Sequence record: DRR378314_1835
Strand: one strand, 5' to 3'
Length of the DNA: 64,000 nt
The number at the start of each line of letters is the position of its first letter. Positions within the stretch are counted from its first letter, which is position 1. Positions 40,732-52,194 of the stretch are shown one piece after another. A program made the translations under genes and the position numbers. The notes beneath the pieces are model-generated. The model did no database searches, was not told where the DNA came from, and was given only the letters and a program-made list of their open reading frames with translations.

Positions 40732-40763
40732 AAAAAACGTGCCCATAATTAGCACGTTTTTTT
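40732..40763. terminator. bidirectional terminator
   Basis: AAAAAACGTGC-CCATAATTA-GCACGTTTTTTT. Confidence 0.8.
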
Positions 40764-40781
40764 AACTAGATTGGCTGGATT

Positions 40782-41702
40782 TTAACTTGTTGATATCGAG
40801 CTCTTTAAGTCATGTAATAAATGGCGAAGATTTCGTTTATGTGGAAATAGAGTAAAAGCAGCCGCGGCCGTTGATAACGCTTTAAATTTATTCCCTATTT
40901 CACGATAATATTCACCGTAACACTCTAAAATACGCGCTTGCGCTTTTACTTGTGCAAGTAAGCCTGCATCATCTTTACAACGTGATACAATTTCTTTCAT
41001 TGCATTAAGCCTATTAGTTCTATTTGCTGTGATTGAGCCTGCTCGCATTAAGTAGTCCATCGATACATTAGGCGAAAAAGCAACATCACCAATTCGAGCT
41101 AGTTTTAACCAACAATCCCAGTCACTTGCGCTTTTTAATGCATTGTCAAACCGGCCAATATAGTTAATGGTAGAGCGTTTTACCATAACAGAGGATGTGC
41201 CTATAACATTGGCGTAAATGAGCAAATCCATCGGTGATTTTAAGTTTTGATAGCCTAGATCATTATGGTCTATGTGTTTTGCAAATTCAGGCCAAAATGA
41301 AAAGCAATCTACAATGGGTTCATACGCTTCATTTACGTGCATATAATTGGTAAAACTGAGTACGCAATCCTTATGCTGTTGCATATAGCTTAGCTGTTCA
41401 AACAGCTTGTCATCTGTCCAGTAATCATCGGCATCTAAAAATGCAATATACTCCGCTTTTGCTGCACCAATGGCTCTGTTTCTGACGTTGACGACGCCTG
41501 TATTCTCTTGTTCTAAAATCACCAGTTGTGGAAAAGTTTGTTGTGCTTCTTTTAGCCACTCAAGGCTGCCATCAGTTGAGCCGTCATCAACAATAATAAT
41601 CTCTACATCTACTTTAGATTGTCTAACAACACTGCTAATCGCTTTGGCTAAATACTGTTTACAGTTGTAGTTTGGAATAATAACACTGATATCTACGCTC
41701 AT
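40782..41702 (-). CDS. family 2 glycosyltransferase
   Basis: ISVIIPNYN, VDDGSTD, FLDADD. Confidence 0.95.
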   Translation of the reverse strand: MSVDISVIIPNYNCKQYLAKAISSVVRQSKVDVEIIIVDDGSTDGSLEWLKEAQQTFPQLVILEQENTGVVNVRNRAIGAAKAEYIAFLDADDYWTDDKLFEQLSYMQQHKDCVLSFTNYMHVNEAYEPIVDCFSFWPEFAKHIDHNDLGYQNLKSPMDLLIYANVIGTSSVMVKRSTINYIGRFDNALKSASDWDCWLKLARIGDVAFSPNVSMDYLMRAGSITANRTNRLNAMKEIVSRCKDDAGLLAQVKAQARILECYGEYYREIGNKFKALSTAAAAFTLFPHKRNLRHLLHDLKSSISTS

Positions 41703-41744
41703 AATGTTTACCTTGTGAGGTTCAAATTAACTTACAAGGGTATA

Positions 41745-41761
41745 CGCAATTTAGGCGCCAA
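41745..41761 (-). promoter_or_regulatory. sigma-54 promoter
   Basis: minus strand TTGGCGCCTAAATTGCG. Confidence 0.8.
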
Positions 41762-41801
41762 CTATTTTAATGGCTTAGCGCGGCGTTTTTTGTCTAATGC
41801 T

Positions 41802-41814
41802 TTGCATATTGCAA
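41802..41814. promoter_or_regulatory. LuxO-type enhancer box shared by divergent sigma-54 promoters
   Basis: TTGCA-TAT-TGCAA. Confidence 0.75.
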
Positions 41815-41864
41815 TATATGTTCGCAAATTGGGTTTTTAGTCGCTATTTTATGGGAAATAACGT

Positions 41865-41880
41865 GGGCATGGTTCTTGCG
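41865..41880 (+). promoter_or_regulatory. sigma-54 promoter
   Basis: GGGCATGGTTCTTGCG (GG-N10-GC). Confidence 0.75.
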
Positions 41881-41915
41881 AAATAACAAGTTAGTTATTA
41901 TTAGGAGCATTCACC

Positions 41916-43073
41916 ATGAAACATATCGGCATTGTAGTCCCTGCATTTCACGTACCTTCAGAAACATTTGTGGTAACCGAAATTAACGCGCTTGTTAGAG
42001 CAGGGCATAAAGTAAGCGTTATTACATTTGAAAACTCTGATGAGTCTAGCAATATCGATAAAAGCGTTAACGTTATTGTTGTAAAAAGGTCGCTATCTGA
42101 AGCCGTGAAGTTTGCATCAGCGCACCCAGGCAAATTTATAAATACAGCATTAATCGCAACTAAATTTAAATCAATCTCAACACAGTCATTATTGGGTTTT
42201 GGTGCAAATATAGCTGCTATTATAAAACAGCATAAAATTTCGCACATACACTGTCACTTTATGCATGCACCACTGGCCTACGCAATTGCGGGTAGCAAAA
42301 TGGCGGGTATCAGCGTTTCTTCTATCGGCCATGGCCATGATGTGTATGTTAATTATTCAGATTTAAAGCTTAAACTTTCTCTTTGTGATTTTTCAGTGGC
42401 AGTTTGCCAAGACATGGTTGAGAAACTGAATGAATACAAAGCAGGTAAAGTTGAGTTACTTCATTGCGGTATCGATTTTAGTTTATTCAATTCTTCGCCA
42501 AACCGCTTAAGCGAGTCAGTAAAGTTACTTTTTGTAGGTCGACTAGTTGAAAAGAAAGGATTGCAGTTTCTATTTCCTGCAATCAAAAAATTAAGTACTA
42601 AGTACCCCATTTCTTTAGATATCGTAGGAGATGGTCCATTATTAAATGATCTTAAATTTTTATGTGAAAAGCTCGGTATAGAGAATAACGTGCGGTTTCT
42701 AGGTCGCAAAACACCGTTTTGGTTGTCAAAGAATGCCTGTAATTATTCTGCTCTTGTTGCACCTTTTTGCGTGTCGCGTAACGGTGATAGAGACACAGGC
42801 CCTGTAGTTTTAAAAGAAGCGATGGCCAGTGGTATACCTGTGTTAACCACTGAATTGATGGGAACGAAAGAGATAGTTAATGATGCGGTAGGTTATAAGT
42901 GTGAGCCGTCTAGTATCTCTGGCCTAGAAAAAATACTCAGGGAGTTTTGTGAATTAAGCCCATACCAGAGATATGCAAAAGGGGTAAATGCAAAACGTTT
43001 AGCCGCGAGTAAGTTCAATGCGAATGCGCAAGCTAAAAAATTATCGCAATGGGTGCAAAAAGCACAGGGGTAG
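41916..43073 (+). CDS. family 4 glycosyltransferase (WcaL/SypJ-like)
   Basis: SETFV, HCHF, VGRLVEKKG, DTGPVVLKEAMASG. Confidence 0.93.
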   Translation: MKHIGIVVPAFHVPSETFVVTEINALVRAGHKVSVITFENSDESSNIDKSVNVIVVKRSLSEAVKFASAHPGKFINTALIATKFKSISTQSLLGFGANIAAIIKQHKISHIHCHFMHAPLAYAIAGSKMAGISVSSIGHGHDVYVNYSDLKLKLSLCDFSVAVCQDMVEKLNEYKAGKVELLHCGIDFSLFNSSPNRLSESVKLLFVGRLVEKKGLQFLFPAIKKLSTKYPISLDIVGDGPLLNDLKFLCEKLGIENNVRFLGRKTPFWLSKNACNYSALVAPFCVSRNGDRDTGPVVLKEAMASGIPVLTTELMGTKEIVNDAVGYKCEPSSISGLEKILREFCELSPYQRYAKGVNAKRLAASKFNANAQAKKLSQWVQKAQG

Positions 43074-43076
43074 AGT

Positions 43077-44489
43077 ATGAAAGGAATAAAGCAAATTGCC
43101 TACTTTGGACTATCAACCTTACTTCTCAAAGGGTTAGGCTTTGTTTTATTGCCTATTTCAACACGGTTATTAAACCAAACACAATTTGGTGAGTTGAATT
43201 TTTTAGTCTCTATTTCAGCTGTGATGTCGTTGCTTTTATGTTTAGGTTTACCAGAACTTTTATTTAAACAACAAATGCATAGTGAAGTCCATAAGCGTGC
43301 ATTGTTTAGAGATGCATTACTACTGTGTAGTGTACTAAGTTTATTGTTTGTTTTAATTCTCTGGTTTTTTATTCAGCCTATAAGTGAACTATTACCTATT
43401 TCTTTGTCATTAATTGACTTGCAGTTACTCGCCTTAAACTTAGCTTTTTCGTCACTTTTATCACTCGTTTTTTGCTTTTTCAGGTATTACGAAATGGCGA
43501 AGCAATTTTGTTTTCTGGCGGTTTTGCAAGGGGTGGGTCAAACACTCTTAACCATAGTTTTACTCTACCTTGGTTTTGGGGTAACAGGGGTAATGGCATC
43601 AGGTGCGATTGCAAGCTGCGTTGTTTTAATCATTTCACTTGGTATTATTTTTTCAAGGATTAACATTGATTTTAAACAAGTACCATGGAGCATTTCACGC
43701 AAAAATGGTTTGTTTTTATTGAGTATTCTAGTGTCATCGTTATTTGTTTATGCCAATAACGGGGCCGAAAACTGGTTTATTGCAGCCAATATAGGGAAGG
43801 AGGCGTTAGCACAATATTATGTTGCTTTGCAATTTGCAGTGATGACCTCCTTCGCTTTTGAGCCCGTAAGAATGTGGTGGTTCTCCCGCCGATTTGATGA
43901 ACTATCCTCGAGCCCTTCACGTTATGTGTACTTATGTGAACTTAGCCTTGAGATAGGGATTGCACTGTGTGCATTAATGCTAATTGTTACGCCACACCTG
44001 TTTATTTTTGTGCTACCTCAAAGCTACTTACTCAATGCCTGGTTGTTACCTTGCCTTATTTTTATTGTAGTACTTCGTCATCATAGTGACTTATTAAATA
44101 TTGGCTGTTATATCCATTCTAATGGCCTATTTGTTTCGGTGATTAATGGCATCAGTGCTGTATGTGTTCTTATTCTACTTACTTATTTAGTACCTGCATG
44201 GGGTGTGGTTGGTGCCGTTGTCTCGTTGGTGTTGGCGCAAACACTCAAAACTATTTTATTTTTTGTGGTGAGCCAAAAACTAGAAACTTTGTCATTTAAT
44301 TTTCATCGAATAGTACCAAGCTGGGTGTGCTTTTTAAGTATTTTTGCGTGTGCTGTGATTGACGTAAGCTATGCTGTGAGTATCCAGTGCCTTATTTTTA
44401 CTTGTTTACTTATTATTTTGGCTAACAAGTATAAATCTCTAGTAACCAATACCTTTGAGCAATTAACTAAAAGGAATGCACATGGTTAA
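43077..44489 (+). CDS. Wzx-type polysaccharide flippase (SypK-like)
   Basis: multi-TM; LLP..TRLL...FGEL. Confidence 0.85.
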   Translation: MKGIKQIAYFGLSTLLLKGLGFVLLPISTRLLNQTQFGELNFLVSISAVMSLLLCLGLPELLFKQQMHSEVHKRALFRDALLLCSVLSLLFVLILWFFIQPISELLPISLSLIDLQLLALNLAFSSLLSLVFCFFRYYEMAKQFCFLAVLQGVGQTLLTIVLLYLGFGVTGVMASGAIASCVVLIISLGIIFSRINIDFKQVPWSISRKNGLFLLSILVSSLFVYANNGAENWFIAANIGKEALAQYYVALQFAVMTSFAFEPVRMWWFSRRFDELSSSPSRYVYLCELSLEIGIALCALMLIVTPHLFIFVLPQSYLLNAWLLPCLIFIVVLRHHSDLLNIGCYIHSNGLFVSVINGISAVCVLILLTYLVPAWGVVGAVVSLVLAQTLKTILFFVVSQKLETLSFNFHRIVPSWVCFLSIFACAVIDVSYAVSIQCLIFTCLLIILANKYKSLVTNTFEQLTKRNAHG

Positions 44490-45834
44490 TTGGTATAAGC
44501 AACATAATTTATTAATCAATGGGCTTTTGGTCACTATTTTAGTTTCGGTGCTGTATTTCTTATTTGGCCCAATCGCTGCTTTTGCACTTTTACTGTTGCC
44601 CTTTGCAGGCTTTTTAGCTGTTCGTTTAAGTACGGTATTTGTCATTCTGTTTATCCTCTTTAGTTACTTTAGAATCCACGAAGCATTTGTGGTGCTTATG
44701 CCGCTAAAAATACCCAAATTGCTGGCAATTGCTTCATTATTGGCAATTGCATGGCATTTGTTTATTTCTAAAACATTAAAGCCTCACTGGAGTTCTACTC
44801 ACCTGATTTTTGTGATCTGGTTTGCATGGCTAACGGTGTGTGTGTTTTCAGCGTCGAACAGAGGTGTGGCCATTGAATATTGGTCAGGGGTTTTAGTAAA
44901 AGTGTTTATTATGGTGTTTGCTATAAGCTGGTGGTTAACCCGTTTCTCTCACTTTAGCTTTGTGAGGCTGGGAATTATGATCTCAGGAGTCACGATTTCT
45001 TTAGTCGCACTTAATAACAAGATGAATGGAGTAGGGCTTGTTGAAGGTACTCGAGTAACTATTTCACGAGAATACCGTTCGCAACTAGGAGACCCAAACG
45101 ATCTATCTTTGGTGCTTATGTTCCCTGTGTCTTTTTTAGCGGCGGAGTTGTTTGATACACATGCGAATAAGTATCGACGCATTTTTGCCGGAGTTGGATT
45201 AATTTTAGCTATTTCAGGTGTTATCGCAACGCAAAGTCGAGGCGGGCTTTTAGGTATTGCTGCCATTTTAAGTTTCTTCTTATATCAAAAAGTAAAAAAC
45301 CCTGTGGTTGTGGCTGCATTTGGTGCCGTTGGCATGTTAGCCATGATGGTGTTCGCAGGCATTTCAGATCGACAAAGTGGAGGCGCTGCTGAATCTGGTG
45401 TTGATGAATCAGCTATGGGGAGAATATATGCTTGGCAAGCGGCCATAAATATGGCGATAGCGAATCCATTTACAGGTGTCGGTGTAAATAACTTTTTTGT
45501 TAATTACTATTTTTATAGTCCGCATTGGGATGGCAAGAATCATGCAGTACATAGCACATGGTTTCAAGTTCTAGGTGAAACAGGGTTTGTAGGAATGTGT
45601 ATATTTGTGTTGGTGATTGCTGCTATTTACCGCAGTTTATCTAGAGTGCTGTGCATGAATAAGCTGAAGTTTAGTCCTGATGTAGCTGTTAATGCCAATG
45701 CATTAAAAGCAGGTTTACTAGGTTTTATGGTAGCTGGCACGTTTTTAACACAAGCTTTTACATGGCCACTTTACATTATCTTGTCTCTCACGATTGCACT
45801 TGAAAAGCTAACAGTTCAAAACAATAAGGAATAA
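44476..45834 (+). CDS. O-antigen ligase/Wzy-type polymerase (SypL-like)
   Basis: [33 protein letters not shown]. Confidence 0.9.
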   Translation: MHMVNWYKQHNLLINGLLVTILVSVLYFLFGPIAAFALLLLPFAGFLAVRLSTVFVILFILFSYFRIHEAFVVLMPLKIPKLLAIASLLAIAWHLFISKTLKPHWSSTHLIFVIWFAWLTVCVFSASNRGVAIEYWSGVLVKVFIMVFAISWWLTRFSHFSFVRLGIMISGVTISLVALNNKMNGVGLVEGTRVTISREYRSQLGDPNDLSLVLMFPVSFLAAELFDTHANKYRRIFAGVGLILAISGVIATQSRGGLLGIAAILSFFLYQKVKNPVVVAAFGAVGMLAMMVFAGISDRQSGGAAESGVDESAMGRIYAWQAAINMAIANPFTGVGVNNFFVNYYFYSPHWDGKNHAVHSTWFQVLGETGFVGMCIFVLVIAAIYRSLSRVLCMNKLKFSPDVAVNANALKAGLLGFMVAGTFLTQAFTWPLYIILSLTIALEKLTVQNNKE

Positions 45835-45838
45835 CCGC

Positions 45839-46549
45839 ATGTTGACACAATTAAAGCATTGGCTAAAAAATAGTGAACATCCGCTGGCATCCCCATTTTT
45901 TCGTTTTGCAAAAGCGCTTCGCAATCCGCAAATGATAGTGATACCAGTGTTTCACTCTGGATTATTCCACTTCCATCATTTGATTAAGCAGCTAAGCCAT
46001 GAGCTACTGCGTGTTTTATATTTTACACCACTTTTTAAAAGCCAAATTGCAGGCTCAAAGAAGCGCTTGTATGTGTATTCGGGTATGCCGCAAATTCTCG
46101 GTAAGCTTGAAATTGAGTGTGGCGATGACGTTAGAGTCTCTGGAATAAGTACCTTATGCGGCCGCTCTTGCGGTAATACAAAGGCTAAATTAATCGTTGG
46201 CAGTAATGTTGATATTGGTTGGCAAAATGCGTTTTCTGTTGGTCGTACTATTATACTTGAGGATGATGTGCGATTAGCTGGCAGAGTTTTTCTTGCAGGC
46301 TTTCCTGGGCACCCTGTGGACTGTGAACGTCGCGCTGCGGGGGAAAGTGATGATGAGTCTCAGGTTGGCGATATCATAATAAAACAAGGTGCGTGGCTTG
46401 GAACCGGAGTAACTGTACTTGGTGGTGTGACAATTGGTAAAGGAGCCATTATAGGTGCTGGCAGTGTCGTTACTAAAGATGTACCAGCATTTTGTATTGC
46501 AGCTGGCAACCCTGCAAAAGTAGTAAAGGAAATAGAGGGTGACGCATGA
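45839..46549 (+). CDS. hexapeptide-repeat acyltransferase (SypM-like)
   Basis: [35 protein letters not shown]. Confidence 0.92.
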   Translation: MLTQLKHWLKNSEHPLASPFFRFAKALRNPQMIVIPVFHSGLFHFHHLIKQLSHELLRVLYFTPLFKSQIAGSKKRLYVYSGMPQILGKLEIECGDDVRVSGISTLCGRSCGNTKAKLIVGSNVDIGWQNAFSVGRTIILEDDVRLAGRVFLAGFPGHPVDCERRAAGESDDESQVGDIIIKQGAWLGTGVTVLGGVTIGKGAIIGAGSVVTKDVPAFCIAAGNPAKVVKEIEGDA

Positions 46550-47676
46550 AATTTATCGTTTTCGCAGAAGATTGGGGCAGTCACCCAAGCAGCACTCAGC
46601 ATTTATTTCATGAGCTTGCGCAACAGCACGAGATCCACTGGGTGAACTCTATTGGAATGCGTAAACCACGTTTGAGGCTTCATGATATAAAGCGTGTTTT
46701 TGATAAAGTGTTACAAGTATTCAAACCTACCAAAACACAGTCACTTACAACGCCTAAAAATATGGTTGTATATAAACTGCCTATTTTACCTTGGCATGAT
46801 AACCGCTTTGTTCGCTCTATAAATAAACGTATTTACGCTCACTTTTTCAAAGAACATGGAGACCCTACTCCTGTGGTTTACTGGTTAAGTGTGCCAACTG
46901 CGCATTACCTTGTAAAAAAACAGCCACAAGATAAGGTGATTTATTATTGCGGGGATGACTTCTCAGCATTAGCAGGGGTAGATGCACAGCTTGTTACTCC
47001 TTTTGAGAAGAAATTAATAGCAACCGCAGATTTAATTTATGTCATAAGTGATTTTTTAATGGCAAAAATGCCCGCCAATAAAGCTAAAATGTTAAGCCAC
47101 GGCGTGAGCGTTGAGTTATTTAGTGAAAGTACAATCAAGGCCGACGAAATCAAAGCATTCAATGCGCCAGTGATTGGCTTTTACGGCAGTATAAATGCAT
47201 GGCTTGATATTGACCTGCTTGAGGCGCTTGCAGCAGCAAGACCCGATTACCAATTAGTATTAATCGGTCATATTGTTACTAACATAGAACGGTTATTAAG
47301 TTTTAAAAATGTGACGCATATTCCAGCCGTCAGTCATGAGCGATTAGCATCTTTTTCTGCACATTGGAGTGTATCGATTTTACCTTTTGTTATTAACGAT
47401 CAAATACGTGCATGCGATCCCCTAAAGCTAAAAGAATACCTAGCAGCAGGCAAACCTATTGTTACAACAAACTTCCCCGCTGTAGAGCGTTATGCTTCCC
47501 ACCTTTTTATAGCGGATACTACACAGCAATTTATTAGCCACCTTGATAACGCACTGAACCTTAGTAAAGCGCAATTAATGTGCTTAGAAAAGACACAGCA
47601 AAACATTGCACTCCAACACAGTTGGCAATCTAAGGCGAATACAGTAATCAATGATACCGTGCGGCTAAATCGCTAA
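46546..47676 (+). CDS. glycosyltransferase (SypN/GT4-like)
   Basis: [33 protein letters not shown]. Confidence 0.9.
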   Translation: MKFIVFAEDWGSHPSSTQHLFHELAQQHEIHWVNSIGMRKPRLRLHDIKRVFDKVLQVFKPTKTQSLTTPKNMVVYKLPILPWHDNRFVRSINKRIYAHFFKEHGDPTPVVYWLSVPTAHYLVKKQPQDKVIYYCGDDFSALAGVDAQLVTPFEKKLIATADLIYVISDFLMAKMPANKAKMLSHGVSVELFSESTIKADEIKAFNAPVIGFYGSINAWLDIDLLEALAAARPDYQLVLIGHIVTNIERLLSFKNVTHIPAVSHERLASFSAHWSVSILPFVINDQIRACDPLKLKEYLAAGKPIVTTNFPAVERYASHLFIADTTQQFISHLDNALNLSKAQLMCLEKTQQNIALQHSWQSKANTVINDTVRLNR

Positions 47677-47698
47677 TTTTTTAGCGCAAACGTTATAT

Positions 47699-47714
47699 TG
47701 GCGCGCCCTGTGCA
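47699..47714 (+). promoter_or_regulatory. sigma-54 promoter
   Basis: TGGCGCGCCCTGTGCA; box TAGCA-AAA-TGCAA lies downstream at 47783-47795. Confidence 0.65.
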
Positions 47715-47812
47715 ACTACCTAGTAAAGCCGGTTATTAGCAGCAAATCATTTTTATTTTGCAAATAATCGCTCATTTATGCATAGCAAAATGCAAATATA
47801 TAGGTAGGGATT

Positions 47813-49306
47813 ATGTTAGTTAGAGAGCAAATAAAACGGTTACTTTATTTAGCTTTGTATGCACTGTATACACGGGCTAAGCTTTTTGTGCTGCCATTAG
47901 CGATTGTCCCTGTTGTGGTTATATTATTGGCAGTAACGGCACAAAAAAAATACACTAACCACGCGACAATTCTTATTGAAGAGTCAGCGTTACTTAATCC
48001 TTATTTAGATGATCTATCTTTTTCTTTTGACTTAACTAACCGTATGGCAGCTCTAAGAACCTTGGTTATTAGCCGTAAGGTACTTATCGCTGTTGCACGC
48101 GAAACCAATTTAGTGCCTAAAAATGCAAGCCCAGCTGCCATTGAAAAGGTACACCAAGAGTTGTCTCAGTCACTTTCACTTTCATTAGTCGGTGATGAAC
48201 TTGTGCGTGTTAATTTTATTTGGCATGAGCCATCACAAATGAAGCCTGTGTTGGAAAAAATTGTTGAAAAGTTCATTGAGAGTTTATTGGCCCCAACAAA
48301 AGCCTCGTTGGATACCTCAGAGCAGTTTTTTTACCAACAGCTTGTTAGCCTTCGCCAAGAGCTTGAGATATCAGAAGAGGAATTAGCTGCATTCAAAGCT
48401 AAAAATACTAATACGCTGCCCACTGTACTTCATAGTAACAGACAGACATTTGATAAGTTATTGAGTGACTTGCAGCAAAAGTCAATTGTGCTGTCTGGCG
48501 CCAAAGCCAAGTTGGAAGCGTTAACCTCAAAAATGGGTCAAGCAAACCCTATTTTAGGACGCATTGAGGAACGAATCATTACTGCTGAGTCCGAATTAAG
48601 CTTTTTAAAAACGCGTTACACAGACAAGCACAGTAAAGTGATCTCAAAACAACGGGAGCTGATAAACATCAGAGCTCGTCAGCAAACGTTAATCGAAAAC
48701 GGCAAGAATCTAGATGCTAAAAATATTGAACAACTATGGCAAATGGCTAATACATTACCCGCTAACACGGATAATGAAAGTAATGTGCTTGTGTCACAAA
48801 TATTGGCGTTGGAAGAAGCTAAAAACCAAGTTTATCAGCATCAACAGGAATTTGAGCTGCTTGAACAACAAGTCAATGAGCTAAGCCAACGTTTACTTAT
48901 CACCAGTGATGTTGAAAAACAATTACGAAAATTAGAGCGTGATTACGATGTTAAACAGTCTTTGTACAAAGACATGTTAGGGCGATACGAAATGGCTAAA
49001 GTCACAGGTAAGTTAGTCAAATATGAAGGTCCAGATAAAGTTAAAACAATCGAGCGCGCTTACAGCCCAACTCAACCAATTAACACTTCAATGATGGTCG
49101 CTGTGATTGTAGGTATTTTGTTAGGTGTCTTTACAAGTGGAACATGTGTTTTCGTTGCTACGTTATTCGATAGCCACTTAAAAGATATTCAAACTATTGA
49201 GAAGTTAGCAGCCGTTGAGGTGATAACTGTTTTACCCATCGTAAGTAAAGAGGAGATCTATACGAACTCACACTCAACGATGAACTTATTAAAAAAGGGG
49301 TATTAA
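47813..49306 (+). CDS. polysaccharide co-polymerase/chain-length determinant (GumC/SypO-like)
   Basis: two TMs flanking long coiled coil; YTDKHS; no fused kinase. Confidence 0.88.
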   Translation: MLVREQIKRLLYLALYALYTRAKLFVLPLAIVPVVVILLAVTAQKKYTNHATILIEESALLNPYLDDLSFSFDLTNRMAALRTLVISRKVLIAVARETNLVPKNASPAAIEKVHQELSQSLSLSLVGDELVRVNFIWHEPSQMKPVLEKIVEKFIESLLAPTKASLDTSEQFFYQQLVSLRQELEISEEELAAFKAKNTNTLPTVLHSNRQTFDKLLSDLQQKSIVLSGAKAKLEALTSKMGQANPILGRIEERIITAESELSFLKTRYTDKHSKVISKQRELINIRARQQTLIENGKNLDAKNIEQLWQMANTLPANTDNESNVLVSQILALEEAKNQVYQHQQEFELLEQQVNELSQRLLITSDVEKQLRKLERDYDVKQSLYKDMLGRYEMAKVTGKLVKYEGPDKVKTIERAYSPTQPINTSMMVAVIVGILLGVFTSGTCVFVATLFDSHLKDIQTIEKLAAVEVITVLPIVSKEEIYTNSHSTMNLLKKGY

Positions 49307-49307
49307 T

Positions 49308-50384
49308 ATGAATGTTTTACACTTGGTTCAGCATTTTAAAATTGGCGGCTTAGAAAAAATGGCTGTAACACTAATGCAAAAAAGCCAATTTGCTCATAAC
49401 AGCTTGATTGTTTCCCTTGAAGGTAAAGAACAAGATGCATTAAAAGAGTGGCCTGCGCTTGCACAGTTTGGGCATCAAATGGTGAGCTTAAATAAAGCGC
49501 CCAAATTTGATTTTTCCTTACTAAAAAAACTAAACCGATTAATCAAAGAGCACAATATAGATGTGATACATAGCCACCACATAGGGCCTATGCTTTATGC
49601 CAGTCTTGTATGTTTGACAAACAAAAATGTGCGCCATGTTTCAACAATCCACGATGCGTGGTATTTAAATAATTTTAAGCAACGCTTAATAACGAAAATA
49701 TTAAATAGCCTTACCAAAATTAATTGGGTTGCCGATGCTCAAGTAGTGGCAAATGATTTTTACCAACATACATCTATCAAGGCTGATAAAACTATTCTTA
49801 ATGGAATTGATTTTCATCAGTTTACCGATATCGATGAGGCCAATGCACGTAATCTGCTCGGGTTACCCTTAGATAAAAAACTCATAGGGTGTTCTGCTCG
49901 TTTGGAGCCAGGAAAAGGTCATTTGGACTTAATAAAGCTGCTCCCTGAATTAGATAGCGATATTGAGTTAGTGTTTGCAGGAAATGGCAGCTTAATGTTG
50001 TCGCTTCAAAATGCAGCTTCAGTGCTTGGTGTGTTTGAGCGAGTGCATTTTTTAGGAAATGTACAGCATATGCAGCAGTTTTACTCGGCAATTAATGTGA
50101 TGTGCCTTTATTCGCAAAGAGAGGGATTACCGCTGTCTATATTGGAGTCCATGGCGTGTGGAAAAGTCATTGTGGCCAGTGATGTTGGCGGCATTAGTGA
50201 GGTTGTTACGCAAGAGCAAGGAGTACTTGTTGGGTTAAATGATCTAGTTGGTTTAAAAGTTGCTCTATTAAAAGCGTTAAACATGAAGCAAGGGCAATGT
50301 ATTAGAGAACATATCTTCTCAATTGCCGATGCAGATCAAATGAGCAAAGCATACGATCATTTTTATAATGGTTTGGCTTTATAG
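49308..50384 (+). CDS. family 4 glycosyltransferase (SypP-like)
   Basis: GGLEK, HSH, REGLPLSILESMACG..SDVGG. Confidence 0.93.
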   Translation: MNVLHLVQHFKIGGLEKMAVTLMQKSQFAHNSLIVSLEGKEQDALKEWPALAQFGHQMVSLNKAPKFDFSLLKKLNRLIKEHNIDVIHSHHIGPMLYASLVCLTNKNVRHVSTIHDAWYLNNFKQRLITKILNSLTKINWVADAQVVANDFYQHTSIKADKTILNGIDFHQFTDIDEANARNLLGLPLDKKLIGCSARLEPGKGHLDLIKLLPELDSDIELVFAGNGSLMLSLQNAASVLGVFERVHFLGNVQHMQQFYSAINVMCLYSQREGLPLSILESMACGKVIVASDVGGISEVVTQEQGVLVGLNDLVGLKVALLKALNMKQGQCIREHIFSIADADQMSKAYDHFYNGLAL

Positions 50385-50394
50385 GGGAAACATT

Positions 50395-52194
50395 ATGTCG
50401 GTCTTATTTACTATATGGGTAATTTTAATTGTATTGGTTTTGTACCATCACGTGGGGTATTTAGTTGTTTTAAAACTCTTTAGTAATGAACAGCGTAAGG
50501 AAGATAAGCCCACTGTAACTCCCACCACACGCTTTGGAATTTTAATGTGTGCTTACAATGAGCAAGCTCATATTAAAGAGAAGTTATATAACTTAGGGTC
50601 GATGCTTTACGATACTCAGTATTATGCAATTCATGTTTACCTTGACGGTTGCACAGATAAAACATATCAAGAAGCCATGATTGCTCAATCGCATCTTGCA
50701 AAGCAAAATGTTAATTGTCATTTGCATTTTAGCAAAGAGAATAAAGGTAAGGCATTTGGCATCAATGAATTGATCAAACTCACCAAGCCAACTTACGATG
50801 CATTATTATTTACCGATGTGAGCGCCTTATTAAGCATAGATGTATTAAATAAAATCGATACAGATTTTAAAAACCCAGAGGTGAATGTAATCACCGGGGT
50901 GTATGTGCTTGATGAACTCGCCTCTGCACAGCAAAAGCAGTATTGGCATTATCAGAACAAAGTAAAAAGTATGGAATCATCGCTTGGGGCTGTTATTGGG
51001 ATGCCAGGCGCTATGTTTGCTATACGCTCTGAGGCTGCTGAGCTTTTAGAGGGTGGCACCATCAATGATGATTTTATTCTTTCGATGAAGGCTCTTCAAA
51101 AAGGTGGTAAATCGCAGGTTAATAGTGACATCAATATTTTAGAAAGAGAGTGTGACGAACAAAGCCATGATAATGCAAGAAGAGTGCGAATTGGTGCTGG
51201 AAACTGGCAACAAATAAAAGCATTGTTTGCTTTATTAAACCCCAAGTTGGGTTGGGTAAGTTTTAACTTTTTTTCACATAAGGTGTTACGTGGACTAATG
51301 CCAATTATATTATTGAGTGTTTATGTATCGACGTTTACCCTAGCATTTTTGTCCAGCTCAGTATTACCTTCATTATTAAGTATGTTGATACTTGCGGTTC
51401 ATGGGGTTGGCGTAATTAAACGCCTATTTAATATTAAAGCTAAATTGCCAATTGTAGACAGTGTTAATTACCTAATTAGTGCTTATGCGCTGGCGCTTTG
51501 GGGAATTGTTAAATTTGAGCGCGGAGACTACAAAACTCATTGGCAGCGTGTTCATCATTTAAATAAACAAAACAATGCGCCGATCAAAACTATCAAGCGT
51601 GGAATTGATATTATCGGCTCCGCAACCGGATTAATTTTGTTATTGCCTGTTATGCTTGGGGTGGCGCTAAGCATAAAAATGACCTCTAAAGGACCTGTAT
51701 TGTTTAAGCAACAAAGAGTGGGTGAGAGTAATGATGACTTTGTTGCCTTGTTTGATGTGCTTAAGTTCCGTTCTATGGTGGTTGACGCTGAAAGTAAAAG
51801 TGGTGCCGTTTGGGCGAGTAAAAATGACCCTAGAATCACGCCTATAGGTCGTTTTATTCGCAAAACTAGGTTAGATGAGTTACCGCAACTTTGGAATGTA
51901 CTGATCGGTGATATGTCATTAATAGGCCCTCGTCCAGAGCGACCGGTATTTTATTCAAAGCTGGAAAAAGACATTCCTTATTTTTGCCAAAGAACATACG
52001 GTATAAAACCAGGTATATCAGGCTTAGCGCAAGTAATGAATGGATATGATGAAAGTATTGATGATGCGCGAAATAAAATCGGTTGGGATTATGCTTATAT
52101 GCTAAGTACGTCATCAGCGCGTAGTTGGTGTTATATGGAGTGCAGTATTTTGTATAAAACCTTTGTTGTTATCTTTACAGGAAAAGGTCAGTAA
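50395..52194 (+). CDS. fused GT2 glycosyltransferase + priming sugar (phosphoglycosyl) transferase (SypQ-SypR-like)
   Basis: N half: CAYNE, LDGCTD, GKA, FTD, NDDF, RRVRIG; C half: KRGIDI, KFRSM, DPRIT..GRFIRKTRLDELPQL.NVL.GDMSLIGPRPE. Confidence 0.92.
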   Translation: MSVLFTIWVILIVLVLYHHVGYLVVLKLFSNEQRKEDKPTVTPTTRFGILMCAYNEQAHIKEKLYNLGSMLYDTQYYAIHVYLDGCTDKTYQEAMIAQSHLAKQNVNCHLHFSKENKGKAFGINELIKLTKPTYDALLFTDVSALLSIDVLNKIDTDFKNPEVNVITGVYVLDELASAQQKQYWHYQNKVKSMESSLGAVIGMPGAMFAIRSEAAELLEGGTINDDFILSMKALQKGGKSQVNSDINILERECDEQSHDNARRVRIGAGNWQQIKALFALLNPKLGWVSFNFFSHKVLRGLMPIILLSVYVSTFTLAFLSSSVLPSLLSMLILAVHGVGVIKRLFNIKAKLPIVDSVNYLISAYALALWGIVKFERGDYKTHWQRVHHLNKQNNAPIKTIKRGIDIIGSATGLILLLPVMLGVALSIKMTSKGPVLFKQQRVGESNDDFVALFDVLKFRSMVVDAESKSGAVWASKNDPRITPIGRFIRKTRLDELPQLWNVLIGDMSLIGPRPERPVFYSKLEKDIPYFCQRTYGIKPGISGLAQVMNGYDESIDDARNKIGWDYAYMLSTSSARSWCYMECSILYKTFVVIFTGKGQ

